From NCBI GenBank assembly GCA_038063735.1, contig JBBTUN010000005.1, positions 953-64,952 on the forward strand: a stretch of DNA of 64,000 nt, read 5' to 3'. This document shows, piece by piece, positions 9,369 to 19,424 of this stretch; within the stretch, counting starts at the first letter, position 1; each line of letters opens with the position of its first letter. The translations under genes and the position numbers were made by a program. Under the pieces are notes generated by a model that had not been told where the DNA came from, ran no database searches, and was given only the letters and a program-made list of their open reading frames with translations. This DNA is from Patescibacteria group bacterium. GTDB taxonomy: Bacteria > Patescibacteriota > Microgenomatia > Curtissbacterales > GWA2-41-24.

Positions 9369-12300
9369 ATGGCCAACTTCACTCATCTTCATGTTCATAC
9401 GGAATTTTCTCTTCTAGACGGTTTATCAAAAATAAAAAAACTGGTAACACAAGCCAAAATAATGGGCATGAAAAGCATAGCAATGACAGACCACGGCGCA
9501 ATGTATGGAGCGATAAAATTCTACAACGAGTGCCAAGCAGAAGGCCTAAACCCAATAATAGGCTGTGAAATGTACATAGCCAAAAGATCTTTATCCGATA
9601 AAGAAGCAGGCAAGGACAACGAATACTCTCATTTAACAGTATTATCATGTGACGAAGAGGGCTACAGAAATTTAATGAAGTTGGTAACCATCTCCCACTT
9701 AGAGGGATTCTATTACCGGCCTAGGGTAGATAAAGAATTACTTGCAAAGTATTCCAAAGGTTTAATAGCTTTATCCGGTTGTAATTCTTCCGAAATTTCA
9801 AAAAGTTTTGTGCAAGGCAATTTACAGGAAGCAAAAAAACTGGCCAAAGTTTATACCGAAATATTTGGTCAAAGCAATTTTTATCTTGAAGTCCAAAGAC
9901 ATGAATTTGAAAAGTTTGCAACTGCCCACGAACCAGGCAGTGAAATTTATAACGAATTAACAAGAATGCACAGTGAAGAAATCAAAATAATAAGCGGCGC
10001 GAAAAAATTATCAAAAGATACTGGCCTAAAACTAATCGCAACGAACGATATTCACTATGTTAAGCAACAAGACGCAAATGCCCAAGACGCTATAGTTTGT
10101 ATTCAAACCGGTAAAAACATTTCCGACATTAAAAGGTTGAGAATGATAGACTCCCCTACTTTTTACCTCAAAAGCACGAGCGAAATGGAAGCACTTTTTG
10201 CAGATATGCCAGAAGCCCTGACAAATACCCAAGAGATCGCTAGTCGGGTGAATATCAATCTAAATTTAGGCAAGGTTGCCTTTCCGAATTTTGAAGTACC
10301 TGCAAATACAAATCCCGACGAGTATTTAAAAAAACTATGTTACGAAAGAATCAAAAGTAGGGTTAGTTTAGTTACCGTCGAGATGAAAAAAAGACTGGAC
10401 TACGAACTTTCTGTTATATCCAAAAAAGGCTACTCCACATATTTTTTGGTTGTTGCGGATTTCGTTAACTGGTCACGCGAAAAAGGAATAATCTCCACAA
10501 CCCGTGGCTCTGCTTCCGGAAGCCTTGTGTCTTTTGCGCTTGGCATAACCACAGTTAATCCGCTTTTTTTTAAATTACCATTCGAACGTTTCTTAAATTT
10601 ATACAGGCCAAGCCTGCCCGATATAGATGTAGATTTTGAAGACATAAGAAGGGATGAGGTCATCGCTTATGTGAGGGGAAAGTATGGTCACGACAAAGTA
10701 GCACAAATCGGTACTTTTGGCACAATGATGGCACGTGCCGCAGTTCGTGATGTAGCCCGGGTTCTTGGCTTGCCTTATTCAAAGGCAGATAGAATTGCCA
10801 AAATGATTCCAATCGGAGCGCAGGGTTTTCCAATGTCCATTGACACCGCCAAAAAACAAAATAAAGAATTAGGTTATCTCTACAATCAAGACTCAGAAGT
10901 AAAAGAACTTTTGGATCTCTCGGAAAAGGTGGAAGGCAATGCCAGACACGTTTCGGTGCATGCGGCCGGTGTAGTTATTGGCCCGTCGGAACTCACAAAA
11001 TTTACTCCGCTTCAAAAGGAAACAACCGGAGAAAAAATAATAACTCAATACGACATGCACGATGTTGAAGAAGCAGGTCTTGTGAAAATGGATTTTCTTG
11101 GTATTAGGAATTTATCCATTTTAGGTCAAGCAGTAAAAATAGTCGGCAAAACCAAGAAAATAGAAATTGATCTTTCCAAAATAGCACTAGACGATAAAAA
11201 ATCTTTCGAAATTCTTGCCAAAGGTGAAACCATGGGCCTGTTCCAACTTGGCGGAACCGGTATGACACGCTACTTAAAAGAACTACGCCCGTCATCAATT
11301 TTTGACATTATGGCAATGATCTCTTTGTTTAGGCCGGGGCCGATGAATTCTATCCCGGAGTTTATCGAAAGAAAACATAACTCAAAAAAAATCATTTATT
11401 TTGACCCGCGCATGAAAGATTATCTTGATCAGTCTTACGGTGTAATTGTTTACCAGGACGACGTTTTATTAACCGCCATAAATATTGCCGGATATAACTG
11501 GGAGGAAGCAGACAACTTTAGGAAAGCCATGGGTAAAAAAATTCCTGCAGAAATGGCTAAACAAAAAGAAAAGTTTATAGATGGAGCGATCAAAAACGGT
11601 ATGACTCCTAAAAAAGCCGACGAACTATTTAAGTTAATAGAGCCGTTCGCTGCCTACGGATTTAATAAAGCGCATGCTGCAAGCTACGCTATCATCGCTT
11701 ACGAAACTGCTTATATGAAAGCTAATTACCCGGTAGAATTTATGACTGCAGTCATGACGGCAGAAGCTGACGACCCTGACAAAATAGCTATGGCGGTTGA
11801 TGAGTGCGGGAAAATGGGTATTTTAGTTTTGCCACCAAACATTAACAAATCCGACACGGGTTTTAATATTGAGGCGATAACAGACGATGAATTTAAGGCC
11901 GAAGTTAAAAGAGGCATTATTTACCGCGACACAATACGTTTTGGCCTGTCTGCCATAAAAAATGTTGGCCGTGCTGCAATCGAGGCAATAATCACCGAAA
12001 GGGATGCAAAAGGTGAATTCACATCACTAGATAATTTCGCCAAAAGGATAAATCTGCGCGCCGTTAATAGAAAAACCATGGAAAGTTTAATAAAAGCGGG
12101 TGCCATGGATAAATTTGGAAACCGAAATGCCATGCTAAAAGTTTTAGACGAACTTAAATCAACCGGCACTTCACTGACTAAGGCAATCAGCGAAGGCCAG
12201 GGTTTATTATTCGATACGGCCGAACTTGCAGAAGCGTCAGTTCCTTCTTCTATTGATCACATGCTGCAAACAACCCAAGAGGCGCCAAGAGAAGAAATAT

Positions 12301-12914
12301 TGTCTTGGGAAAGAGAGCTGCTAGGATTTTATTTAACAGAACACCCCTTGGCCAAATTAAAAGACAAACTGGAAAAGATTGTCAGCCTTAAAATAGGAGA
12401 AATAGACCCGGCAGCACACTCCGGCAAAATGATAAGGCTTGCAGGCATTATAGCCTCCATAAGAAAAACGGTTACCAAGGTTAAAAAAGAAGAGATGTGT
12501 TTTATTAGGCTTCAAGATATGTCTGGTACAGTGGAAGTTCTTGTGTTCCCCAGAACTTATGAGGTTGCCAAAAATGTCATAGAGCCTGATCAAATAGTAG
12601 TAATTAGTGGCAAGCTGGAAGCGGGGGAAGACACCCCGGTTTTAATTGCTAGCGACATAACTACTCTTGCTTCACATGATATAGATGACAAGCTTTCAGG
12701 CGAAGAAGTAAATATCACCTTGCCCCCTCAGGCTGACCGCATTCTGCTCTCTAAAATTTACGAAGTCCTAAAAGAAAGCCCTGGAAACATAGCCACCTAT
12801 TTGCTTTTGCCCGGTAGTGATAGTGAAAGTAGGAAAATCCCTGTGCCCTTTACCATATCCCGTTCATTTCACCTCGACACAGAGCTGGAATCCCTCGGTT
12901 GTAAAATAATGTAA
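9369..12914 (+). CDS. dnaE: DNA polymerase III alpha subunit
   Basis: N-terminal PHP 'FTHLHVHTEFSLLDG', polymerase core motifs and an OB-fold tail, 1181 aa. Confidence 0.95.
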   Translation: MANFTHLHVHTEFSLLDGLSKIKKLVTQAKIMGMKSIAMTDHGAMYGAIKFYNECQAEGLNPIIGCEMYIAKRSLSDKEAGKDNEYSHLTVLSCDEEGYRNLMKLVTISHLEGFYYRPRVDKELLAKYSKGLIALSGCNSSEISKSFVQGNLQEAKKLAKVYTEIFGQSNFYLEVQRHEFEKFATAHEPGSEIYNELTRMHSEEIKIISGAKKLSKDTGLKLIATNDIHYVKQQDANAQDAIVCIQTGKNISDIKRLRMIDSPTFYLKSTSEMEALFADMPEALTNTQEIASRVNINLNLGKVAFPNFEVPANTNPDEYLKKLCYERIKSRVSLVTVEMKKRLDYELSVISKKGYSTYFLVVADFVNWSREKGIISTTRGSASGSLVSFALGITTVNPLFFKLPFERFLNLYRPSLPDIDVDFEDIRRDEVIAYVRGKYGHDKVAQIGTFGTMMARAAVRDVARVLGLPYSKADRIAKMIPIGAQGFPMSIDTAKKQNKELGYLYNQDSEVKELLDLSEKVEGNARHVSVHAAGVVIGPSELTKFTPLQKETTGEKIITQYDMHDVEEAGLVKMDFLGIRNLSILGQAVKIVGKTKKIEIDLSKIALDDKKSFEILAKGETMGLFQLGGTGMTRYLKELRPSSIFDIMAMISLFRPGPMNSIPEFIERKHNSKKIIYFDPRMKDYLDQSYGVIVYQDDVLLTAINIAGYNWEEADNFRKAMGKKIPAEMAKQKEKFIDGAIKNGMTPKKADELFKLIEPFAAYGFNKAHAASYAIIAYETAYMKANYPVEFMTAVMTAEADDPDKIAMAVDECGKMGILVLPPNINKSDTGFNIEAITDDEFKAEVKRGIIYRDTIRFGLSAIKNVGRAAIEAIITERDAKGEFTSLDNFAKRINLRAVNRKTMESLIKAGAMDKFGNRNAMLKVLDELKSTGTSLTKAISEGQGLLFDTAELAEASVPSSIDHMLQTTQEAPREEILSWERELLGFYLTEHPLAKLKDKLEKIVSLKIGEIDPAAHSGKMIRLAGIIASIRKTVTKVKKEEMCFIRLQDMSGTVEVLVFPRTYEVAKNVIEPDQIVVISGKLEAGEDTPVLIASDITTLASHDIDDKLSGEEVNITLPPQADRILLSKIYEVLKESPGNIATYLLLPGSDSESRKIPVPFTISRSFHLDTELESLGCKIM

Positions 12915-12957
12915 ATAATTTACAAAAAACCCGAAATTCGCTATACTTACAATTCGT

Positions 12958-13239
12958 ATGGATATAGCAAGTTTCAAAGTTGGCGATATTATTAAGGTTC
13001 TAACAAAAGACAGCCAGGAGAAAAAGGTGCATGCATCCGCTTTCGAAGGTGTTGTCATGGCATTTCGTGGCCAGGTTGGTGAGCAGACCTTTACAGTCAG
13101 AAAAAGAGGGGCAGACGGCGTGTTTGTAGAAAGAATCTTTCCGCTGGCCAGTCCATCTATCGAAAAAATAGTGGTGGTTAAGACTAACTCTGTTAGACGC
13201 GCCAAGCTCTACTATCTCCGCAATAAACAAAAAAAGTAA
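12958..13239 (+). CDS. rplS: 50S ribosomal protein L19
   Basis: 'FKVGDIIKV', 'FEGVVMAFRG', 'TFTVRK', 'GVFVERIFPLASPSIEKI', 'RRAKLYYLR'. Confidence 0.85.
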   Translation: MDIASFKVGDIIKVLTKDSQEKKVHASAFEGVVMAFRGQVGEQTFTVRKRGADGVFVERIFPLASPSIEKIVVVKTNSVRRAKLYYLRNKQKK

Positions 13240-13243
13240 GTCA

Positions 13244-13858
13244 ATGGTCCTGCCAACACTAAAGGTTGAAAAGAGTCTTTGGAAAAAAGGCCTTGCAAAT
13301 GTCGTTGGAATAGATGAAGTCGGTCGCGGTTCCTGGGCAGGGCCACTCGTGGCAGCAGGAGTAATCCTGCCAAAAAACTTCATAGCCCCAAAAAATTTTG
13401 CTGATTCAAAACAAATCTCACTAACACTGCGCACACAGTTTGATAAATTTATTAGACAACAAGCTAAATGTGTCGCTGTCGCCGAAATTTCACACACTAC
13501 AATAAACAAAATTGGCGTTGGTATTGCCAATCAAATGGCCTTTCGTAAAGTGTTAAAATTACTAGCAATTCCTGCAGATTTTGTGCTCGTGGATGCCTTT
13601 CATATCAAATACTTGGCAAAGTCCGCACAAAACCCGATTAAGCACGGAGACCAGCTTGTAACAAGTATTGCTGCAGCCTCCATTGTCGCTAAGGTTTATC
13701 GGGATAACCTTATGCAGGGTCTAGCCCAAAGTTTCCCCAAATACGGTTTTGAAAAGCATAAAGGTTATGGCACAAAAATACACCAGGAGGCCATACAAAA
13801 ATACGGTTTCTGCCGAATACACCGCGTCAACTACAATCTCAACTTTCTCTTTACGTGA
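13244..13858 (+). CDS. rnhB: ribonuclease HII
   Basis: 'GIDEVGRGSWAGPLVAAGVIL' catalytic N-terminus. Confidence 0.85.
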   Translation: MVLPTLKVEKSLWKKGLANVVGIDEVGRGSWAGPLVAAGVILPKNFIAPKNFADSKQISLTLRTQFDKFIRQQAKCVAVAEISHTTINKIGVGIANQMAFRKVLKLLAIPADFVLVDAFHIKYLAKSAQNPIKHGDQLVTSIAAASIVAKVYRDNLMQGLAQSFPKYGFEKHKGYGTKIHQEAIQKYGFCRIHRVNYNLNFLFT

Positions 13859-14208
13859 ACAAAACTGCGCTTGGTAAGTACGGAGAAGACTTAGCCGGCG
13901 CTTATCTTACAAAGCTCGGCTACAAAATAATCGAACGTAATTTCCGAATTAGGGGCGGAGAAATAGACATTATAGCCACAGATGTCAACACGCTTGTGTA
14001 CGTTGAAGTTAAAACGAGGTCAACTCACCAGTTCGGGCTCCCGGAGGAATCGGTTAACTATTACAAACTAAAATTTATGGAACGTGCTTCAAAATTTTAC
14101 AGGCTGCAAAGGAAAAACCTTCCAGAGCTGGAAAGAATTGATGTAGTATCAGTCGACCTTTCAGGCAGTGAAGCAAAAATCAAGCTTATCAAAAACGCCT
14201 CACTTTGA
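13855..14208 (+). CDS. YraN family (UPF0102) endonuclease-like protein
   Basis: 'GKYGEDLAGAYLTKLGYKIIERNFRIRGGEIDIIA'. Conserved rplS-rnhB-yraN neighbourhood. Confidence 0.8.
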   Translation: MNKTALGKYGEDLAGAYLTKLGYKIIERNFRIRGGEIDIIATDVNTLVYVEVKTRSTHQFGLPEESVNYYKLKFMERASKFYRLQRKNLPELERIDVVSVDLSGSEAKIKLIKNASL

Positions 14209-14240
14209 ACTTATAGTAAACGAGGTGTATAATCACCCAT

Positions 14241-14729
14241 ATGCCAAACGAAAGACAACAAACATTGCCAGATCAGCCTTCTTTAGCTAGAAGAGGGTCA
14301 CTTTCAAAGGCTATGGAACAAAGAAGAAGGTACCATCACGAGCAGGGCAAGTGGGGAACTAAAGCCTCGATTATGTTTTTAACGTTGGCCGAATTGTGGA
14401 GGACATCCGTGGGTTCAAACATCGCCCAACAATCTGGGCAATCCGTAGAAGATATTGCTGCTGAAATGGGTTACAACACGCAAGAAAAAGAATTTCGAAC
14501 AGTATTAAGGAAAATGAAAAGAGCAAATACATCGGCAAAAAGAGTTGCAGGGTTAATGGCTTGGGAAACAGAAATAATAGCAAGAAAGACTAACGACCAA
14601 ATAGGATGGACTGCAAGTTTCTTGGACAGTAGTCTAGATATTTTAGGTCAAGAATTTCGCTTAAAACCATCTTATGTTCAAAAGTTAAAAATTCAAGCCT
14701 TCCAGCGGCCTTTAAGTTTGGCAAGTTAA
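14241..14729 (+). CDS. hypothetical protein (possibly leaderless)
   Basis: Long ORF with protein-like composition. An extended -10-like 'TGTATAAT' sits 7 nt upstream of the ATG, and there is no Shine-Dalgarno sequence. No family recognised. Confidence 0.4.
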   Translation: MPNERQQTLPDQPSLARRGSLSKAMEQRRRYHHEQGKWGTKASIMFLTLAELWRTSVGSNIAQQSGQSVEDIAAEMGYNTQEKEFRTVLRKMKRANTSAKRVAGLMAWETEIIARKTNDQIGWTASFLDSSLDILGQEFRLKPSYVQKLKIQAFQRPLSLAS

Positions 14730-15691
14730 ACCTTCACTAGCCCAAACGGTTCTTTTCCTTCCAAAACATCAATAATATTTTGCGCCGCGATCCTGCTCAT
14801 CTCATTCCTCGTCTCAAAAGTTGCAGACGCTGTGTGCGGGGAAAATATTACATTTTCCATCCCAAGTAGTTCTTTAGAGATCTCCGGCTCATGCTCATAA
14901 ACATCAAGACCCGCTCCCGCAATTTCTTTTTTCTTTATTGCCCAAACTAATGCTTCTTCGTCTACAATTGGCCCGCGGGCGGTATTTATCAAAATTGCCG
15001 AATTTTTCATAAGGCGCAACTCCTCTTTGCCGATTAAATGCTTTGTTTGCTCTGTCAGTGGAACATGCAAACTAACAATATCCGAATCTTTTAAAATTTT
15101 GTGCACTGGCGCAAATTGTGCATCTGTTAAAAGTTCAAAATCTTCAGCTCGCCTAATATCAAAATACAGAATTTTCATCCTGAAACCGCCATTTGCTATT
15201 TGCCCGACAAAAGTGCCTATCCTGCCAAGGCCAATTATGCCGATGGTTTGCCCCCATACTTGGTGAGACAAAAATAAATTAGGATCCCATTTTTTGTATT
15301 TTCCGTCCCGTACAAACCGATCCTGTTGTGTGATCATTTTATTAAGTGCCAGAATCATTGCAAAAGTGTGTTCCGCAACCGATTCACTTGCAACCCCGGG
15401 AGTGTTGCACACCGCGATTCCCCTTGCGTTTGCTGCCCTAGCATCAATGTTGTCAAATCCTACGGCAAAATTAGCAATAACCTTTAAGTGCTTGGAAGCA
15501 AAATCTATGACGCCTGCATCTATTTTATTTGTTAAAAAAGAAAGCACAGCATCATAGTCTCCGACAATTTTTTTTAATCCTTCAACAGTCAAATCCCGGC
15601 TTGATTTATTAATTTCGACCTTATAGCCTTTTTTTAAGAGAAGATTAACCCCAATTTCTGGTATAGGGTTTGTAATATAAACACTGGGCAT
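14726..15691 (-). CDS. D-isomer specific 2-hydroxyacid dehydrogenase (glyoxylate/hydroxypyruvate reductase-like)
   Basis: NAD-binding 'IGIIGLGRIGTFVGQ', catalytic region 'LINTARGPIVDEEAL', and 'FSPHTASAT'. Confidence 0.85.
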   Translation of the reverse strand: MPSVYITNPIPEIGVNLLLKKGYKVEINKSSRDLTVEGLKKIVGDYDAVLSFLTNKIDAGVIDFASKHLKVIANFAVGFDNIDARAANARGIAVCNTPGVASESVAEHTFAMILALNKMITQQDRFVRDGKYKKWDPNLFLSHQVWGQTIGIIGLGRIGTFVGQIANGGFRMKILYFDIRRAEDFELLTDAQFAPVHKILKDSDIVSLHVPLTEQTKHLIGKEELRLMKNSAILINTARGPIVDEEALVWAIKKKEIAGAGLDVYEHEPEISKELLGMENVIFSPHTASATFETRNEMSRIAAQNIIDVLEGKEPFGLVKV

Positions 15692-15711
15692 TAAATATTA
15701 TTTTAGTCTAT

Positions 15712-16713
15712 CTAGAAGTTTCTGACTACCATCTCCGGTACAGATTTACGATAACGCAGTAAATCTTCCTTTTTCATCTGCCCCGTTTGCGGGCCTAAAT
15801 GTCTAAGCACATGTGACGCATTAATTGTTCCCCAAATCATTGCTTCACCGATTGTTTCGCCATTTATAAGTGCGCTAATAAAAGAAGCACAATAAGCATC
15901 GCCCACACCGGTTTTTTCTACAATTTGGGCGGGGAAAACACCTGCCTTTAATATTTTATTGCCATCACTAGTGTAGGAACCTTCCTCACCATCTGTTATC
16001 AAAATAATTTTAGGTCCCAAAAGATGCAGTTTTGCGAGTAGGTCATGAATATCAACTCTTTGCACAGGGTCAATTTCCAGTATTTTTTTAGCCTCCTCCA
16101 CATTACAAGCCAAAAGCTCACAGCGTTCAAGCGTTTTGGGGTACCTTTTAATGTTTGCCTTAATTTGAAATGTTCCGGGTGCAAAAGCCAGCTTTGCTCC
16201 TGTTTTATCTATATAATGCGCAACCTCGTCCACGATGTTGGAGTCGATAAAAGATTGAGACACGGAAGTAAAATAAACCCATTTTGTCCTCGCCAGGTCC
16301 GGCAAATGATAAAACCAGGGCTGATGATAAACAAAAGCCGTACGCTCACCCTGAAAAGTGATAATAGCGGAAGTATTAGAGGCTTTAGAGGCATCGACCA
16401 CTATATAGTCGCTACCGACGCCGGCCTTCTCAAGGGTGGTTTTGATTAATTTTCCCTCGGTGTCTCCCCCCACATTAGTATAAATTGCTGTCCCGATACC
16501 AAGCTTTGCAGCAGCCGTAGCAACGTTTGCAGCGTTACCGGCAACAGCCCGAAAGATGCCCTCCACGGGAATTTTGTCTCCATACGAAACACAGAGGCGA
16601 CACGCTTCGTGGTTAATATCGCACTCAACAGTCGCATCGTGAATCTTAATAAAAGTGTCGATAGTGCTGTCACCAATTGTAATAAGGTCATATGCAGTAT
16701 TATCAGCCGTCAT
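15712..16713 (-). CDS. PfkB family carbohydrate/nucleoside kinase
   Basis: N-terminal 'LITIGDSTID' and C-terminal 'GVGDAYCASF' anion-hole motif. Confidence 0.8.
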   Translation of the reverse strand: MTADNTAYDLITIGDSTIDTFIKIHDATVECDINHEACRLCVSYGDKIPVEGIFRAVAGNAANVATAAAKLGIGTAIYTNVGGDTEGKLIKTTLEKAGVGSDYIVVDASKASNTSAIITFQGERTAFVYHQPWFYHLPDLARTKWVYFTSVSQSFIDSNIVDEVAHYIDKTGAKLAFAPGTFQIKANIKRYPKTLERCELLACNVEEAKKILEIDPVQRVDIHDLLAKLHLLGPKIILITDGEEGSYTSDGNKILKAGVFPAQIVEKTGVGDAYCASFISALINGETIGEAMIWGTINASHVLRHLGPQTGQMKKEDLLRYRKSVPEMVVRNF

Positions 16714-17336
16714 ATTTGAAAATCAGGATGGTTGTGTTTATGCATGATCGCCGGCAACGTCAATTTAAAGGCATCAATAGCAGCTATAACTTGTTCCGGC
16801 TTATTTACAATTTTAAAAACCTGCCTCTCCTCCGAGCGGATATACATGCCTCGTGTAAAAGCAAAAATTATTTCCTGCCAAAAGTCACCGTATAAAATGA
16901 GAGGCTTATGGTGGCCAAAATAAAGCCTTGCAAGGCCCCAAGCCATTCCAAACTCACTAATTGTGCCGGTGCCGCCGTTGAAAATAATAAATATTTGCCC
17001 CTCTTCCAAAAGTTTCAGGGTTCTTTGCAGATAGTTTTTTTCAACGATTAACTCATCAACTTTATTTGTTTTATCCCGTCCTTCAAACATCGGGATATCA
17101 TCAGGATAAAAAGTAATACCAATCGCCTTACCGCCGCCTTTATGGGCACCCATCGTCGCCGCTTTCATAATACCCGGCCCGGCACCGTTAACTACCGTAT
17201 ACCCTTCGCGGGCGCACAACCTTGCAACTTCGAAAGCCGCCTTAAACGGATCATCTGCTTCCTTAGCATCTGCATAACCCAAAAATGTTATTTTCTCAAC
17301 AACAGGAACAATTTTTCGGGCAGTGGAAGTCATCAA
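16710..17336 (-). CDS. LOG family protein (TIGR00730-type Rossmann nucleotide-binding)
   Basis: 'VVNGAGPGIMKAA', 'IIFNGGTGTISEF'. Confidence 0.7.
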   Translation of the reverse strand: MMTSTARKIVPVVEKITFLGYADAKEADDPFKAAFEVARLCAREGYTVVNGAGPGIMKAATMGAHKGGGKAIGITFYPDDIPMFEGRDKTNKVDELIVEKNYLQRTLKLLEEGQIFIIFNGGTGTISEFGMAWGLARLYFGHHKPLILYGDFWQEIIFAFTRGMYIRSEERQVFKIVNKPEQVIAAIDAFKLTLPAIMHKHNHPDFQI

Positions 17337-17345
17337 ACTTAATTA

Positions 17346-17987
17346 TCAGCCCAACGCAGCAAGCTTCGCAAGTTTAGCGTAAGCTACGTTAAAATCTTCC
17401 GCTCCAAATAAAGCGGAGGAGGCAACCAGATAATCGGCGCCGTTCTCGCTTAACCTGCGCACATTACTTGCATTCACTCCAATGTCAACTTCAATTGGCA
17501 GTTGTCTATCCAGCCTTTTAACTTTTTGTATCCGTTCATATGTATCAATACCCAACTTTTGTCCGGAAAAACCAGGTTTCCCTGTCATCAATAGCAATAA
17601 ATCCAAGTTACCAAAGTGTTTAACAGCAGATTCAATAGGAGTTTCGGGGTTCAAAGAAAGCCCCACATTCTTACCAGCCTTTCTAATTAAATATATACAC
17701 TCGTTAATATCATGGCTAATTTCCAACGGAAAAATAATACGGGATACAAAGTCTACTTCTTTAAGTTGGCTGATATAATTTGCCGGACCAACAACCATTA
17801 GCTGAACCTCTAAAGGGACCTTCGGCCGGTATTTCTTTATAACATCACAGCCAACAGTCCTGCTTTTGGCGAAATTACCGTCAACAACATCTATCTGGAT
17901 AAGTTCCGCAGCCTCCTCTGCTATCTTTAGCTTGTTACTGTATTCACTTTCATCATTTGTTAAAATCCCCGGTACTATAATAGCCAT
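17346..17987 (-). CDS. rpe: ribulose-phosphate 3-epimerase
   Basis: 'IQIDVVDGNF', 'LMTGKPGFSGQK', 'IEVDIGVN'. Confidence 0.85.
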   Translation of the reverse strand: MAIIVPGILTNDESEYSNKLKIAEEAAELIQIDVVDGNFAKSRTVGCDVIKKYRPKVPLEVQLMVVGPANYISQLKEVDFVSRIIFPLEISHDINECIYLIRKAGKNVGLSLNPETPIESAVKHFGNLDLLLLMTGKPGFSGQKLGIDTYERIQKVKRLDRQLPIEVDIGVNASNVRRLSENGADYLVASSALFGAEDFNVAYAKLAKLAALG

Positions 17988-18022
17988 ATAATTAAAAATT
18001 CTAAATTCTAAATTCTAAATTT

Positions 18023-19381
18023 CTATAGCACATAATCTTCACCCTCTTGCGGCATATTTACTTTTATCTTTAGCTTTGTTTCAATCTCCTTCGCCAAAAT
18101 CTCTGCTTGCTCACTTTCTCCATGAACCAAAAATACCTGCTTTAAAGAACCAACACGGGACACCCAGTTAACAAGTTGAGGCATATCGGCGTGGGCAGAA
18201 TAAGACCCTATGGATTTAATATTCGCCCGAACCGTAACCTTCTTACCAAAAATCTTCACTTCGCTCTCGCCCTCAAAAAGTCTTCTGCCTAAAGTGCCGT
18301 TTGCCTGATATCCGATAAAAAGCAAAGTACAGCTAGAATCTTCCAGGTAGCGAATGGCATGGTGCAAAATTCTTCCCCCGTTCATCATCCCACTCCCTGC
18401 AATAATAATTTTTGGATTCGCTTGTTTTTCAATGGCCTTAGATTCTTCACTCGTTGGTGTAATGTGCACAAGTCCATAACCAAAATAATCGCCGTTGTCG
18501 TGGCCTTCTTTAACTTCATTATTCAAATATGTGGGGTATTTTCTAAAAACCTCCGTTACTTTTAAAGCCAAAGGGCTGTCTAAATAAAAAGTTGGTTTGG
18601 CGCATCCCTGTACCGAGCAAAAATCTTCAATGTCATGTAAAACCTCCTGCGTTCTTTCAATTGCAAAACTGGGAATTAAAAGCACGGTATTATTAACAAT
18701 AGTGCTATTAATAACAGCAGCAAGTTTTTCTTTTCGCATGTTAAGATCCTCATGAACACGCCCTCCGTAAGTGCTTTCACATATAACATAGTCGGCTTCA
18801 TCAACAAACTGTGGAGGGTTTAAAAGTAGAGAAGGAGTGTTTCCTAAATCGCTTGTGTAGGCAAGTTTCTTATCCTCGGTTTCCAAGACACAAATAGCAG
18901 AACCGAGTATGTGCCCCGCATTTTTAAAACGCAGCTTTATGTTGGGAGCTATCTCAAGTGCTTGCTCGTATTCTATTGTTTCAAATAAGTTCATTACGCC
19001 TGTTACATGATCGGCTGTATACAATGGTTGGTGCTTATCACGCCTCGATTCCTCACGCATCAATTTTTCCGTATCGTCAAGTACTAAGCGCGCAAGTTCT
19101 TTCGTAGGACCTGTAGAAAAAATTTTGCCCCTGAATCCTTCTTTATACAACTTTGGAAACCTGCCGACATGGTCCAGGTGTGCATGGCAAAGAATTGCAA
19201 AGTCGACAGTACCCGCATTAAAAGGGAATGGGGCATAATTTCTCTCTTCGGCAAGCCTGAAGCCCTGAAACATTCCACACTCAAGCAGGATTTTTTTCCC
19301 GGCCGCCTCAACCAATATATTAGATCCGGTTACCTCGCGGCACGCTCCATAAAAAGAAAGACGCATTAACTCTAGTATCAA
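18023..19381 (-). CDS. MBL-fold beta-CASP ribonuclease (RNase J / CPSF-like)
   Basis: 'ILCHAHLDHVGRFP' metallo-beta-lactamase motif, beta-CASP middle region, C-terminal 'HGE' motif. Confidence 0.8.
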   Translation of the reverse strand: MILELMRLSFYGACREVTGSNILVEAAGKKILLECGMFQGFRLAEERNYAPFPFNAGTVDFAILCHAHLDHVGRFPKLYKEGFRGKIFSTGPTKELARLVLDDTEKLMREESRRDKHQPLYTADHVTGVMNLFETIEYEQALEIAPNIKLRFKNAGHILGSAICVLETEDKKLAYTSDLGNTPSLLLNPPQFVDEADYVICESTYGGRVHEDLNMRKEKLAAVINSTIVNNTVLLIPSFAIERTQEVLHDIEDFCSVQGCAKPTFYLDSPLALKVTEVFRKYPTYLNNEVKEGHDNGDYFGYGLVHITPTSEESKAIEKQANPKIIIAGSGMMNGGRILHHAIRYLEDSSCTLLFIGYQANGTLGRRLFEGESEVKIFGKKVTVRANIKSIGSYSAHADMPQLVNWVSRVGSLKQVFLVHGESEQAEILAKEIETKLKIKVNMPQEGEDYVL

Positions 19382-19424
19382 GAATTACGAATTATGAATC
19401 AAGGATTAAAAATTTACTAAGAAG

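Noticed and set aside
9379-12593. Numerous 60-110 aa antisense ORFs inside dnaE, uvrA, ppsA, gatA and other long genes
   Set aside because: They are embedded in strongly supported long genes on the opposite strand and lack independent signals.
14209-14729. tmRNA or RNase P RNA downstream of yraN
   Set aside because: No tRNA-like 3' end with CCACCA, no 'GGAAAGTCCGG' P4 motif on either strand, and the interval is a clean 162-codon ORF. It is kept as a CDS.
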